Source: Mobula hypostoma (lineage: Eukaryota). Taken from it: a DNA stretch of 64,000 nucleotides. The translations under genes and the position numbers were made by a program. The DNA lies in assembly GCF_963921235.1 (NCBI RefSeq), contig NC_086114.1, forward strand, positions 55,180,001 through 55,244,000, read 5' to 3'. Under the pieces are notes generated by a model. That model was not told the origin of the DNA, did not search any database, and worked only from the letters and a program-made list of their open reading frames with translations. Positions 1 through 11,987 of this stretch are shown here, in pieces; the stretch's first letter is position 1; each line of letters opens with the position of its first letter.

Positions 1-58
1 CAACCAGCAGCCCACCCGCAGTTCAATCCCCGCAGTCATCGGCCAACTAGCAACTTAC

Positions 59-270
59 CCTGTGAAACGCTGTTGAAAAGGGCCGATTCCTTCAGTTAAG
101 ATTTAAAACAAATTGCCACTCTGCCACGTTCAGCCAGAAATGCCATCTCCTGAGATCTCGACAACAGACTTCATCCAATTCAAATTCGTGACATCAAGCT
201 GCAGCCGTGAGCACGGGACACGACCAATGTCGCAGCCGCAGCGCTGCCGACTCATAGTTACAACACTGAC
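59..270 (-). other. Putative non-coding first exon of a minus-strand gene running off the left edge (CSNK1G1 by vertebrate synteny, not shown by the sequence)
   Basis: CpG-rich start of window; strong minus-strand donor CAGG|GTAAGT (GT at 58-57). In human, CSNK1G1 lies downstream of PCLAF on the same strand. The 5' boundary is a guess. Confidence 0.35.
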
Positions 271-375
271 ATCTACCTGACAATGTGATAAATTGCCCAG
301 AAATGTTCTCGTCACAAGAAGCAGGACAAATAACAATCCCGCTAATTCTAGATTTTAAAAGTGCTGGGGGAACTC

Positions 376-580
376 GAGATGAAGGGTCTCAGCCCAAAAC
401 AGCGACTGTTCATTTCCCTTCATAGATGCGACCGAACCTCATGAGTGTCTCCAGGGTTTTTTTTAGTGTTATTTTCGACTCTCTATTACTTCTAAAGGAT
501 GCTGCCTAACTTGCTGAGTTCCTGCAGCATTTTGTGTGTTATTCTGCATTTCCAGCGTCGGTAGAATCTCGTGTTTAAGT
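376..580 (+). mobile_element. Two decayed Penelope-like terminal-repeat fragments
   Basis: gatgaagggtctcagcccaaaacagcgactg...gatgctgcct...gctgagttcc...agcattttgtgtgtt, the same terminal motif as at the ends of the longer Penelope copies (4050-4165, 12080-12170). Confidence 0.65.
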
Positions 581-1074
581 TTCAAGAGAGGGCAGCCAAC
601 AAAAAACAGGTGAGTTTATAGAGTGCAGGAAGCAGGGACCCGGTGGATGGACAGGCTACAGGGCAACCGGGGATCCGCTAGAGATCGGGAAGTGCCGGCG
701 CGCAGACCCCGCCGAGTGGCCAGGGAATGCTGGAACTGGGATCTGGCAAGTGGTTGGGATTGTGGAAATCCGGGCGAGCGGAGGAGTGTGGGAAATTGGG
801 ATCTGAAGAGTGAAAATGGTAAAAACCATCACCTGGAAACAAACAGCAGATAATGCGAGTTTTTAAAAACTGTATGTAAACTTGGTTCGGCAAACTGAAG
901 CAGACGAGATGAAACTTGCATGTTATAAACATGACTGCCACATTAATTTGCAGCCTTGTTGTCATCGCCCATGGACTTGCTTTCAGTTTTTTTGTTACCT
1001 ATGGAAAGTCTGTGAAACTTGGCAACTTCTCAGCAAATGAAAAAGTCCAATCTATCACACAGTAAAATCCCTAT

Positions 1075-1640
1075 CAAAGTTCAAAGTAAATTTATTATCA
1101 AAGTACATATATGTCACCATATACGACCCACAGAGATTCCTTTTCTTGCAGACATACTCAATAAATCCAATAACCATAATAGAATCAATGAAAGACTGCA
1201 CCAACTGGGTGGACAACCCAACTTGCAAGACAACAAACTGTGAAAGTACAAAAAGAAAAAACAACAAAAATAGATAAGAAATATATATTGAGAACATGAG
1301 ATGGAAAGTCCTCAAAAGGTGTGGGAACAGTGATGGGGCAAGTGAAATTATCCCCTCCTGTTCAAGAGCCTGATGGCTGAGGGGTAAGTAACTGTCATGT
1401 GCTGATCAGTGGCAAGTAAATGTTACAATTGATCCCATATCTATCATTTCTGCTGGTATCTCCTTTATGTTCACACCAATAAGTGAAGTTCTCCTTAAAT
1501 ATTGCACCTTTCACCTTAAACCTATGACCTCTAGTTCTAGTTTCACCCAACCTCACTGGAAAAAGCCCACTTGAATTAACCCCATTTATACCCTTCAATT
1601 CTGTAAACCTTTATCAAATCTCCCCTCATTCTACCTCATT
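1075..1640 (-). mobile_element. Rex-Babar 3' UTR fragment followed by CR1 3' fragment
   Basis: 1075-1395 resembles the reverse complement of the Rex 3' ends at 35680-35990. ORF 1395..1598 (MKGINGVNSSGLFP..TRTRGHRFKVKG) is a CR1 ORF2 C-terminus. Confidence 0.7.
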
Positions 1641-2289
1641 TTATAATTTTACCCCATTAATAATATAAGCTACATTTGTTGAGATTCCAACCACATCTTT
1701 ATCCTTGTTGAAGAATGGTTTGAAATTCTCATGTCATCTGCCTCTTTCTGATGCTGTAACAAGGAAAATGAATGGACGACTTCTCATTGTCTCAATTTGA
1801 AAAATCAATTTAGATTATTCACTGACTCTCTTCCATGTGCAGGGATAGATAATTCAGCAGCAGAATGCCTCACTTTAAGCCAATCTCACCTTCCCACCAC
1901 ATTTCGTAGCAGCACTTTCACTGTCTAAAGATGCAACTTGTAATCAAGTAGTTTTAAAGTCTTCTTTTTAAACTCGGAACTACACTGTTCAAATCAGATA
2001 ACTGAATACAACTTTAAGTTTTTTCGGCTGCATAGTTGACACCTCACTTACAGAAACTTTGGGGAAATGCCATACAACATATGCAACATTTTTAATAATT
2101 TGTTTTCATTTAATTTGAGCTGAACTGTGAATAAGTTTCATCATCTTCAAAATAAGCTGTTGTTAGCAAAGCCATAATGCATTGCTTAACTCCAGAGTCT
2201 TAAATTATGCCATTTTCTTAAACAGTTGAAGGGCTATGTAAACTTGTTAGTAGTTTGAGCATTATGATTTATGACTCCTTCTCCCATCT

Positions 2290-4165
2290 CTAACCCTTCG
2301 TCTCTCCTTGGACAGCCCGCTCTAGTTCTCTGCTTGCTCTGAATCTTTTCACCTCAAATTGCAACTGGTTTGGCTTCAGCACTCTACTCTCTCCTGTGCA
2401 CCTTACCCCCTCTGAACGCACTATTCTCCAGACCAATCCTAAAATTACCATCAAACCCACAGACGAGGGGGATGCTGTTGTAGCGTGGCAGACTGATCTC
2501 CACCTTTCAGAGCCAGGTGGCAACTCTCAGACAAGTCATAACTACTGACAGTGAATGACAGTGCTGGCTCGAAGGGCCGAATGGCCTACTCCTGCACCTA
2601 TTGTCTATTGTCCCTTGAAGAGGACCCTATTGCAGACCGTCAGAAAACTGACTCCAACACCATCACTGACCTCTGGGGAACTCCCATCCACTGCTACCAA
2701 ACTCATAATTCACTTACCCCACACTGCTTGCTGCTACCTCCTACCCAAGATCCACAAACTTGACTGTCCAGGTAGACCCATTGTGTTTGCCTGCTCCTAC
2801 ACCACTGAACATACTTCTTCATATGTCAACTCCATTTAATCCCCCTTGTTTCAGTCCCTTCCACCTACATCCACGACTCTTCTTATACTCCCGATTTCCT
2901 CACTAACTTTCAATTCCCTGGCCCTCAGCACCATGGATGTCTAGTCCCTATGCACTTCTATTCCCCCATCAAGAAGGCCTTAAAGCTCTTCGCTTCTTTA
3001 CAACCAGTACCCCCTCACAGTACCCTCCTGTCGAGCAGAACTGGTCCTCACCCTCAATAATTTTTCCTTTGGCTCCTCCCACTTCCTTAAGACTCTAGGG
3101 ATACAGTAGCTGTGGCCAGCCGCAAGGCTATGTAGAATAGTGTATGTTCCAAGTCTTCTCGGGTAATACTCAACTCTTTCTCTGCTATATTGGTGCTGCT
3201 TCACGCACCCGTGCTGAGCTTGGTCAATTTTGTCAACATTGCCACCAACTTCCACCCTGCCCTTAAATTTATCTGCATTTCTTATACCTCCCTCCCCTTT
3301 CTCAACCTCTGTCTCCATCAAGCAACACTTTTTATAATCCGATTCCCACTGTTCTTTATCTCTCCCCCCTCCCTCATTCCCTGTAAAAATGCCATTCCCT
3401 TTTCTTAGTTTCTTCCTCTCCACCGCATACATTCCCAGGATGCTGCTTTCCTTTCCAGGACATCAGAGATGCCCTCCTTCTTCAAAGAATGGGTTTTCCC
3501 TTACTCTACCCTTTGACTTCCCCTTGTCCTGACCAACCACCCCTCGAGCCTCCGCATCCAACACATCATTCTCCTTCCAGGTGAGGCAATACTTCACCTG
3601 CAAATCTGGTGGGGTCATCTGTTTTCTCTGGTGGTCCTGATGCGGCCTCCTCTACATTGGTGAGACATTGTCGAGGACCTCCGTCAAAAGCGGAACTCCC
3701 CAGTGGCCAAACGTTTTAATTCTGATTCCCATTTCAACATGTTATTCCAAGGCCTACTCTTGCACCAAGATGAGGCCACCCTTAGAGTGGAGGAACAACA
3801 CCTTATATTCCATCTGGATAGCCCCCAACCTTAAGGCATGAATATCAATTTCTTCTGGTGTAAAAAAAAATCCTCTCCCCTCCTTTTTCTTCCATTCCCC
3901 ACTCTGGCCCTTTACCTCTAGGTCTCCTCCTATGACCCTATCAGATTCCTTCCTCTCCAGCTATTTACCTTCTTGACCCACCTAGCTTCACCTATCAGCT
4001 AGCTCGCCTCCTTCTCTCCCCAGTTTTTCATTGTCATCTTCCCTCTTCCAAGCCAGTCCCAAAGTAGTGTCTTGGCCTGAAACTTTATTCACTTCCATTG
4101 ATGCTGCCTGACCTGTGTTCCTCCAGTATTTTGTATTGCTTTGCATTTCTAGCTTCTGCAAAATC
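2290..4165 (+). mobile_element. Decayed Penelope-like retroelement (RT + GIY-YIG remnants + terminal repeat)
   Basis: Translates to ITIKPTDEGDAVVAW (Penelope IKPADKG motif), YLLPKIHKLDCPGRPIV, and GIY-YIG-type LYIGET and RVEEQHLIF remnants. Ends in the degraded hammerhead-bearing terminal repeat. Contains a ~60-bp CR1 tail insert at ~2550-2612. Confidence 0.8.
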
Positions 4166-5620
4166 CACATAACAGTTGTGCTCATTCTTCTAAATGACAG
4201 GCAGGAGTGTAAAGTGTCACTTAGGGAGTAGGAATTCAGTCATTGTGCAGTATTCAGTCCCCTATGAAATCCCAAATATAATTACCAAAATGATCCCCCA
4301 ATAATCAATGACACATTAAAGATAGTAACAACCCTATATTAAAAATTATGGCAAAACCCAGATTACTATCTTCAATGCTCTTTGAGGCACAACAGATATT
4401 TTCAAAAAGACACTACTCAAAGGAAGTCCTGTATACAAGATCTTGTGCAAACAGCTCTGAAGATTTTAGATGCAGACAGATACAAGTTCTGTTTCAGCAG
4501 CACAAGTCATGTACATGAATGACAAAGCAAGCTCCTGAGAATGGCAGAGATGCTTAGTCAAAGCAGCAGCGGTCATCTTTATTCCTGAAGTATTGACAAA
4601 TGTGTTTATTTGTTGTTGAAGTTATGACCAAATCCACCGTCAACTGGAACATATGGATGCAAGTAACTTGATGGGAAGGATTTTATTGGGGAAGCATCCA
4701 AAGTGGAGGCAATCAATCGAGTGGACAGATGAAAATGTATACATTAGACTTTATGAGCTGGGGTGGGGAGGGGGTCTTGATTTTTTTTTATTAAGTCAGT
4801 TTGAACATCAACAAAATAAAACTAACTTATTCGTCTTAAGGACCACCGAGAGCAAGTAGGAACTGAAAGACTGGATCATCATAAAGTCATTGACTACTTC
4901 ACAGATTAGAGGGAATTCAAGCATTTCATGCGCCAAATTGAATCCAAATACTTACAGAGCAGCTTCAGACATTGGGAAATACAATGTTTTCTCAGTTGGG
5001 ACTGTGGGGAGCAGCAGTATCTTGATTTTTTGATTGTCCAAGTCTGATATTACATGTTAAATTTTGCATTGGCACCAGTCCATCCAAGTTACCAAAGTAA
5101 CTGTAATAAGTGCAATTAATGAATACAATACTAGGGTTCCCAAACACTATTGTGCAAATCTACAAAAGCTGGAAACCGCAAGCATTCAAGTTTGGAAACT
5201 ATAACCATGAACTAACATTCCTCACATGGCAAACATTAAATTGTAAATCAATGTTGGATATTAAACAGTACAGCTCTGCTTAATTTTGCTTTCCAGCGCA
5301 AGTTCCAAAATTCAGCTGATTAGAGCCACATTAATTTGCATGTCATTAGAAATGAATGTAATAGCACATGAACTGGTGCTCCAATAAGGGAAAATGTCAT
5401 TTCTGAATTTATTAACCTTAGGATTGATCCATTTCAATCCTCGAAGGCTGGACTGAATCTGAAACACTTGGGAACAAACAATACTTAGTAATTGACAGTA
5501 CCAATTGATAAACAAAAGCAACTTCTGGTTAGAATAAACAAAAGCTTTCACTCTTCATTTTCCTTCCCAAAAGTGTAGGGATTTAAACAAAAATCCAAAA
5601 ACTTGATTAATAAAATAGCC

Positions 5621-6008
5621 AGTCTCCTCTACTGCCATGATGAGGCTAAACTCAGGTTGGAGGAGCAACACCTCATATACCATCTAGGTAGTCTCCAGCC
5701 CCCTGGTATGAACATAGAATTCTCCAACTTCCAATAATTCCCTCCCCCTCCCTTCCCCTATCCCTATGTCACTCTGCCCCCTCCCCCAGCTGCCTATCAC
5801 CTCCCTCTACTACCCATTGTGTTTTCCCCTATTCCTTCTTCACCTTTCCTGCCCATCACCTCCCTGCTTCCCCTCCCCCCACCTTCTTTATAGGGCCTCT
5901 GCCCCCTTCCCTCTTCAGTCCTGACAAAGGGTTCCGGCCCGAAATGTTGACTGATCGTTTCCACGGATGCTACCCGACCTGCTGAGTTTCTCCAGCGTGT
6001 TGTGAGTG
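5621..6008 (+). mobile_element. 5'-truncated Penelope-like insertion with 14-bp TSD
   Basis: TTAATAAAATAGCC at 5607-5620 and 6009-6022; RLEEQHLIYHLGSLQP remnant; hammerhead-like terminal motif at ~5916-5953. Confidence 0.85.
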
Positions 6009-6093
6009 TTAATAAAATAGCCGCATTGACCCAAGACGAAAAGATTGAGCAAGTGAAATAGCTTCTCAAAACTGTAAATGAATTTAAATGTAT

Positions 6094-6099
6094 TTTATT
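6094..6099 (-). terminator. Candidate PCLAF polyadenylation signal AATAAA
   Basis: AATAAA on the minus strand ~120 nt downstream of the PCLAF stop codon. Confidence 0.5.
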
Positions 6100-6218
6100 G
6101 AATTTCTGTACAAAACTAACAAGTCCATACTGCAAAGTACAAACGGTAATTGACATAAATACACATACACACGTCAAGATCTCTTCAAGTAAGAAACATG
6201 GTCGAAGGAACATGGAGC

Positions 6219-6276
6219 TTAGTTTTCATCTCCTGATGCAGCTTCATCTGAAGATTCTGCAGACAAAGGACGTGCC
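6219..6276 (-). CDS. PCLAF: PCNA clamp-associated factor (PAF15/KIAA0101), coding exon 4 (last)
   Basis: Acceptor tttatttcaaccag|G; reads (R)ARPLSAESSDEAASGDEN*; phase 2 matches exon 3. Confidence 0.85.
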
Positions 6277-6615
6277 CTGGTTGAAATAAAATAAAAAGTA
6301 GTCAAAGCATTTTAATATCAACTCCAAGGATTTTCAAAATTCCCAATGGCAAATGTTACCCAACATATTTATGCAATACAAGATATATTGGTAGGATGGC
6401 TTTTACATCCCTGAAAGGTACAATGGCAACCAACAATCCCTTTTCAATAGTAGCCAAAGAGAATGACATCTCTAAAAGTACAATACCTAGAGAGACATCT
6501 TGGAGCCCAATACTGAATTCACTAGAAGCACAGATGCAAGTGCTACATCAGTAACTATTGCACAAAGCCATGATGGTATGCTTCAGGTGCAATTAAAAGA
6601 GAATGTTTAATTTAC

Positions 6616-6790
6616 CTCCTTGGAGCTTTCTTTTTTTCATTCTTGCTGCTGGTTGGCTCATCATCTGAGGGAACTGCATTTTCTTTCTCTACATCTTTCT
6701 TTGGACCACCAAAAAATTCTCCAATCCCTTTTTGCCATTTTGGGGTTGGTCTTGGACACACTGGATTTCCACCAGCATACTTATTTTCTG
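6616..6790 (-). CDS. PCLAF: PCLAF coding exon 3 (PIP box, KEN box)
   Basis: (A)ENKYAGGNPVCPRPTPKWQKGIGEFFGGPKKDVEKENAVPSDDEPTSSKNEKKKAPR; near-identical to human ENKYAGGNPVCVRPTPKWQKGIGEFF; AG/GT boundaries, 175 nt. Confidence 0.97.
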
Positions 6791-7338
6791 CTCAAAACAA
6801 AACAAGAACTCAGCCAAACATCCCAACGTACCAAGTCAGCAAGCACTCTTAGAAAACTGCAAACAGATGCAAAGATGAACACCCCAGCACTGGCATGAAA
6901 ATTTAAATATTGAGCTCATCTTACATGGATTGCGGAACCAATTACAAAATAAACACCATTAAACTTATTTCTTGCATCAAAAGGTTCTGGTTTATATAGC
7001 AAATTATTAATTAATTTCAAATAGGAACCATGAAAATTCATCCCTGAAGTATATAGTGTGATTATGCCAAAGGTGTCAAAATTTCAAATTAGGTATTGTC
7101 AATCTTATCTTTGAAAGATCGCATATTTTATCATGCCAACTGGTCTCTGCTAAAAAATTTTTACCATTTCACAAATGGGCACAGAAAGTAAATAACACCA
7201 CTTTATATTAGTTACTATAGACTACATGTTCACAAATCCCCAACATTTTCTTGATCAGCTTTCCTTGGAAAATTCATGGCACCACAAGCCAATTTCCAGG
7301 ACAGTTCCAAGTAGCGTAAATGTTCTGTCAGCGCATAC

Positions 7339-7419
7339 CCTTTTTCCCAGGAGATGTCAGAGAGATGTTTGCTGTACTGGTAGATCCAAGTGCCTTCCTT
7401 GGTGCTCTGGCAGCAACAG
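7339..7419 (-). CDS. PCLAF: PCLAF coding exon 2
   Basis: (A)VAARAPRKALGSTSTANISLTSPGKK; 81 nt, phase 1-1, ccctag|...|gtatgc. Confidence 0.95.
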
Positions 7420-9201
7420 CTAGGGAAACAAAACACATTTTCATTCTTAAAGCCAGGTGGAGAAATTTGAAAAAATAAAAGCATAGTTCGGCCAAAAATT
7501 ATTATGCCAATATAAACACCAAGTCTGATGACAACAAAGAAACCATTAAATATCCAACTTTTAGCAAAATTGCTTTTTTGGCCAGAGGATAAATCCTGGC
7601 TAACATTTAGTTTTATTAAACCACGTGGCGACAATACCATTAAGAACACAAGCACTTTGAATGAAAGGATGCTACCATTATTTGACAATGAATTAAAGGT
7701 AGACACTATTTAAAGAAAATCTAAGAATGATTTGTAAATACAATCAGTAAATAAAAAGTGTAGCTGGACCCAAAGTTTAGGGCTCATTCTGAGAAGGCAG
7801 CACAGAAACATTGGGACTGATAAGACTGCATATGCTGGCATTTGGAGCAACATTCTGCCTTAAGGTCTCACCTCAGAATGAGACCAACCATAAAGGAATT
7901 TGAAAAAGTAGATTAAGCAACTCACAATTAGGCTAGCTCACAATGCAACCAGTAAAGGTAGAATACTTATTAATACTGTTTAAACTGAGTTTTGGCCTGT
8001 AAATGTCAAAGGAATACACAGGCCAGCAAGATCTGATAATTTAATCAATTTCCCTATTTTTAGAACTAGCCTGCCTAGCTCCAAGGTTACCTTTTCCTTA
8101 TGTCGACATTGCCTAATCTACAGGGCTGCAGCAGTTCTAACCTGCATTTCTCAGCTTTAATACGTCTAGTTCTTCCACCCCAGTTTTCATTAATAGTCTA
8201 ACATCAAATAACTTTTTCATTTTATCAATGCAACCAGATCTGCTGGAAAGGAATCCTCATGGTTTGTCTGCTCCCAATAACTTCACAAGAGGTTTGTACC
8301 TTAAAACTAAACAATTTCAAATTGCTTCTGCTATAATCAGCTTTTACACACAGCTAAAATTGTATTTCCAAGGCTTTTTTTTTTAAAACCCCAAGGCACC
8401 ATACACTGTGCATCAGCAACCAATTGTTTGGATATGTAATTAAATATTCACTGTTGACTGGAAATTTACCAGAAAAAGACACATTACAGCATCTACCTAA
8501 TGTTTCCTCCATTTAATGGCCTTTAATCAGAAAACAAACCTGCTCATGTAATTATTCCTCACTCAATAGATGCTACCCAATGTGCATTTTCACCATATGC
8601 AACATTTGTGGTCGTACTATTAAACTTCAGTTGGGTATCGTTATCAAAGAAAACAAGAATGAGGAGTAGGGTCCTAAAGTTTGACAAAATCAAAATAGAT
8701 TGTAATGTTATAGCCTCCATTACAATGCCCAATGAAGTAAAACCTTGTAGAGCCAAACTTGATAAAATGTCAATTAGTTCAGAACACTATCTACTATTGT
8801 ACAGGGTTCAGTTAGCTAAGGCACTACAGATTAACCGCAACACATCGTACACAAACCACGACACGTTAATTTTACTGCCACAAGATCATTTTTCAAATAC
8901 AGCTGCCACAATAAAATCGTAATACAATTTTTTAAACTTTGATTTGATTAACCCAGTACGTTAACTGTATGTGTTTAGTATTTGAGAACGACACCAGCAG
9001 GAAAATTAGCCCTTAATATAGCACTTGAGTACAACTCCGGCCCGAGCTTGCACTAATATCTCCCTATACAGCTTCATGCCAAATTTGTTTGGCAAACATC
9101 AACAGCTACTGAAAAATCATCTACTTGGTGTAAGATTCTTCGCAGTCAGCCCAAACTTGGCCGACAGCGCAACTAGATGGCCCCACAAGAACAGTAGGTG
9201 C

Positions 9202-11019
9202 AAATGGAAAAACAGTATGGCAAATGTTCAATGAACTCTCCCCTTTGTTTTAAAAACACTGGAGCAATTTGGATTTCTTTCAGGATACAAAGTTAATTTG
9301 TTAAAATCAGCATTGATGCTGATTAATACAGATAAAAGTAAGGTGTCTCTTCCTCCCCAGATTAAAGTTACAAATGAAGTCCTCTACTTGGGTATTAAAG
9401 TTAATACTTTCCTATCATTTGTGGCTAAAACAAATTACTCTAATTCTGAAAAAAATAGAAGATATTAATAGATGGAGACACCTGCCAGCATCAGTCCCGG
9501 CCCGTATATCCGTCATTAAAATGAACATCTTACCCAGCATTAATTTTATCAGCTCAATGATCCCACTTGTACCTCCAGCAAGATATTGGCAAAAACTGGA
9601 CTCCTTACTACGCTACTATATTTGGAATGGTAAAAGACCCAATATAAAATGGTCAGCTCTACAATTCGAAAAGTCGAATGGGGAAATTTTAAATTGTATC
9701 ACTGGGCATCTGTATTAAAAAGTCTTAGCTATTGGATGGAGGAGGATAAAGTTTCGTCCTGGAAAAATACAGAACAAGAGCTAATAGCACCAATAAGGTT
9801 GAAGGACTTTCTTCTTATAAGTATGACTACCAAAAAATGTGATTTGTATTACGGTCTAATTTTAACCCATATACTACAAGTGTTTAAAGCAGCAGAAAAA
9901 TTCCTAAAATTTAAAAGTGTATGGTGCAAATCATCTCCATTTATGGAACAATAATCGTTTTCTATCTGGGGGGAAACCATCCATTAACAGAACTTGGGAG
10001 GATAAAGGTATTACTACTCTTTAAGATATTAATGGGGTAAGTACTATCCTTAGCTTTCAAGAACTGAAATCTTGATATATTATTGACAAACATCCTCTTT
10101 TCTACTTTCGAGTAAGATCAACTTGTAAAGCCTACAGTGTTCCCTGGGGGTCAGATTTAAAGGACCATCTCATTTTAAGTTGGATACAGAGTGCTCCAGG
10201 ACAGATAGTGTCATATATCTATGATAGATTAAACTCCCAGAATGATATGCCCACATTGGGAATGAAAGCTTGGGATAGGGACATGTCTCTATTCAGATAT
10301 ATCTGAATCTGAAAAGACTTAGACTGGGATGTGATTTGGGATAATGCTGCCGGTGCTTCGGAAAACCCAAATCATCGGTATATATACTTGAAATTTTGTC
10401 ATAGAGCATATTTAACACCAAGAATTAGACATCAAATGGGACTGGTTCCTGACCCATATTGCCCCCATGGAGCCATTGGCTCTTTTATACATGTTATATG
10501 GAATGTCCAGGGGTTTTTGATTTGTGGGGGAAGGTTATCAGTACTCTTACAGAACTAACAGGGGTACAATTACCAATGGACCCCACTGTAACCTTCTAAA
10601 TGATGACTCCCACCTTTCTCTTACGGAAAAAAACACGCAAAGTCTGGCTGGCAGGCCTGACTGCAGCGAAGAAGATTGTAGTCCAGCGTTGGAAACCTCC
10701 CCATGATATTTCAAATACCCATTGGCTTCGGAGCTTTTTGGACATTTCTTACCTGGAATTTTCATCAGCAAGAGTCAATGATGCACGACCAAACAATCAT
10801 AATGTGGACAAATTTGATATCTAACTTAAAAGATCTTCTGTTAAAATAGGAATGCTTTGTCTGTGTATGCACTACTGCTCAGTTGATTGGTGGACGGAAG
10901 AGGGATGGGGGGGTGAGAGGGGACGGTGATGAAGGTTGGGGGGGTGGCTGGGTTAAACAGTCAAAATGTTATTGGCAACTGGTTGCATTGAATGTAATTT
11001 GTTGGTGTTGCAATAAAAA
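9202..11019 (+). mobile_element. 5'-truncated L1/Tx1-clade LINE (ORF2 3' half, decayed) in PCLAF intron 1, antisense to PCLAF
   Basis: LEQFGFLSGYKVN, YLGIKV, RWRHLPASVPARISVIKMNILP and Cys-rich C-terminal remnants; AATAAA+A tail at ~11012-11020; TSD AACAGTAGGTGC at 9190-9201 and 11020-11031. Confidence 0.9.
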
Positions 11020-11497
11020 AACAGTAGGTGCCAAGGGACGTACTAAAGCTTGGTCTTGAGGATCCTGCTGCCACTAGACACTAAGGGGCTAGATCCTGAG
11101 ACACCGGGAACTTCGTTCTGGAGAGAACATGAATGGTCATGATAAACTGCAAATTGAACATACCGCTTTACTGCAGACACTGGAAGGAGGCAGCGGCTGG
11201 AGCAGTATGTTGTATGTGGGGTGGGGGGAGGTCAATGGACAGTCGACGTTTAGAGTGAAAACTCGCCAGCAGCAGAGGCGTCGGTAGGTAGCCGGTATAA
11301 AGGTGCGAGCCTTGTGGGGAAGACGACCAGAGCCAAGCGGCAGAATCGACGCCCGGCGCCTGTCAATGGCGACTCCAGCGCGCATCCCAGCACCACACAG
11401 GCCAACCGGAGAAATGCGGCAGGCCAACCCGTTCACCCCCTCCCTCCCCTCTCACACCCACCCGACAGGCGACGTTCCTCCCGCTTCCCACTCTTAC

Positions 11498-11552
11498 CCT
11501 TGCGGAAGGAGCCGGTGGAGACCGAGGGACCGTCAGCCTTGGTGCGCACCAT
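11498..11552 (-). CDS. PCLAF: PCLAF coding exon 1 (start codon at 11552-11550)
   Basis: MVRTKADGPSVSTGSFRK|gtaaga (human MVRTKADSVPGTYRK). The four exons total 369 nt = 122 aa + stop. Confidence 0.96.
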
Positions 11553-11559
11553 GTCGTTG

Positions 11560-11830
11560 CGGAGCTCAGCGCTCTCTGGGCGCGCCAGCTCGGGCAGTTT
11601 CGCGCCTTCTCCGGCGAAACAGCAAACGCTGCCGCTATTGGCCAGCAGCCTGGCGCCTTTGTTCGGCTTATTTTACCTGTACCTTAGAACCAATGGGAGT
11701 GCACGTCTCAACAACCTCCTACCCCTCCAATCAGAGATAAGTGTGCTCTGTGACGTGTGTGGCGGGAAGCCGATTTGTGGTGCTTTCTTGAATGAAACTC
11801 CTGAAAAGAATGATCGCCGGAAAGTATAGC
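11560..11830 (-). promoter_or_regulatory. PCLAF CpG-rich promoter with E2F sites, CCAAT boxes and a CRE-like site
   Basis: GGCGCGCC 11579-11586, TTTCGCGCC 11598-11606, GGCGGGAA 11761-11768; CCAAT/ATTGG at 11637, 11690, 11727; TGACGT 11751-11756. PCLAF is a known E2F-type cell-cycle gene. Confidence 0.75.
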
Positions 11831-11987
11831 TCGTAAAAATCACAAGCAATGAAATATTGCAGCAGTGTGACATTAACATTGTTTCCACTGCATAAAAAGA
11901 ACTTGAAGATTGACAGTGATTTGCTCCTATGAGTCGCTGCGTGTTTGGCGGGCTCTACAAATCGCTGTTCGCTAACGTGGGATAATT

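Noticed and set aside
7230-7706. 158-aa minus-strand ORF
   Set aside because: Crosses PCLAF exon 2 in the wrong frame and is otherwise intronic with no recognisable homology
11137-11888. ORFs of 71-171 aa around the PCLAF promoter
   Set aside because: Stop-poor GC-rich sequence, no recognisable domain; the true exon 1 is a 55-nt minus-strand segment
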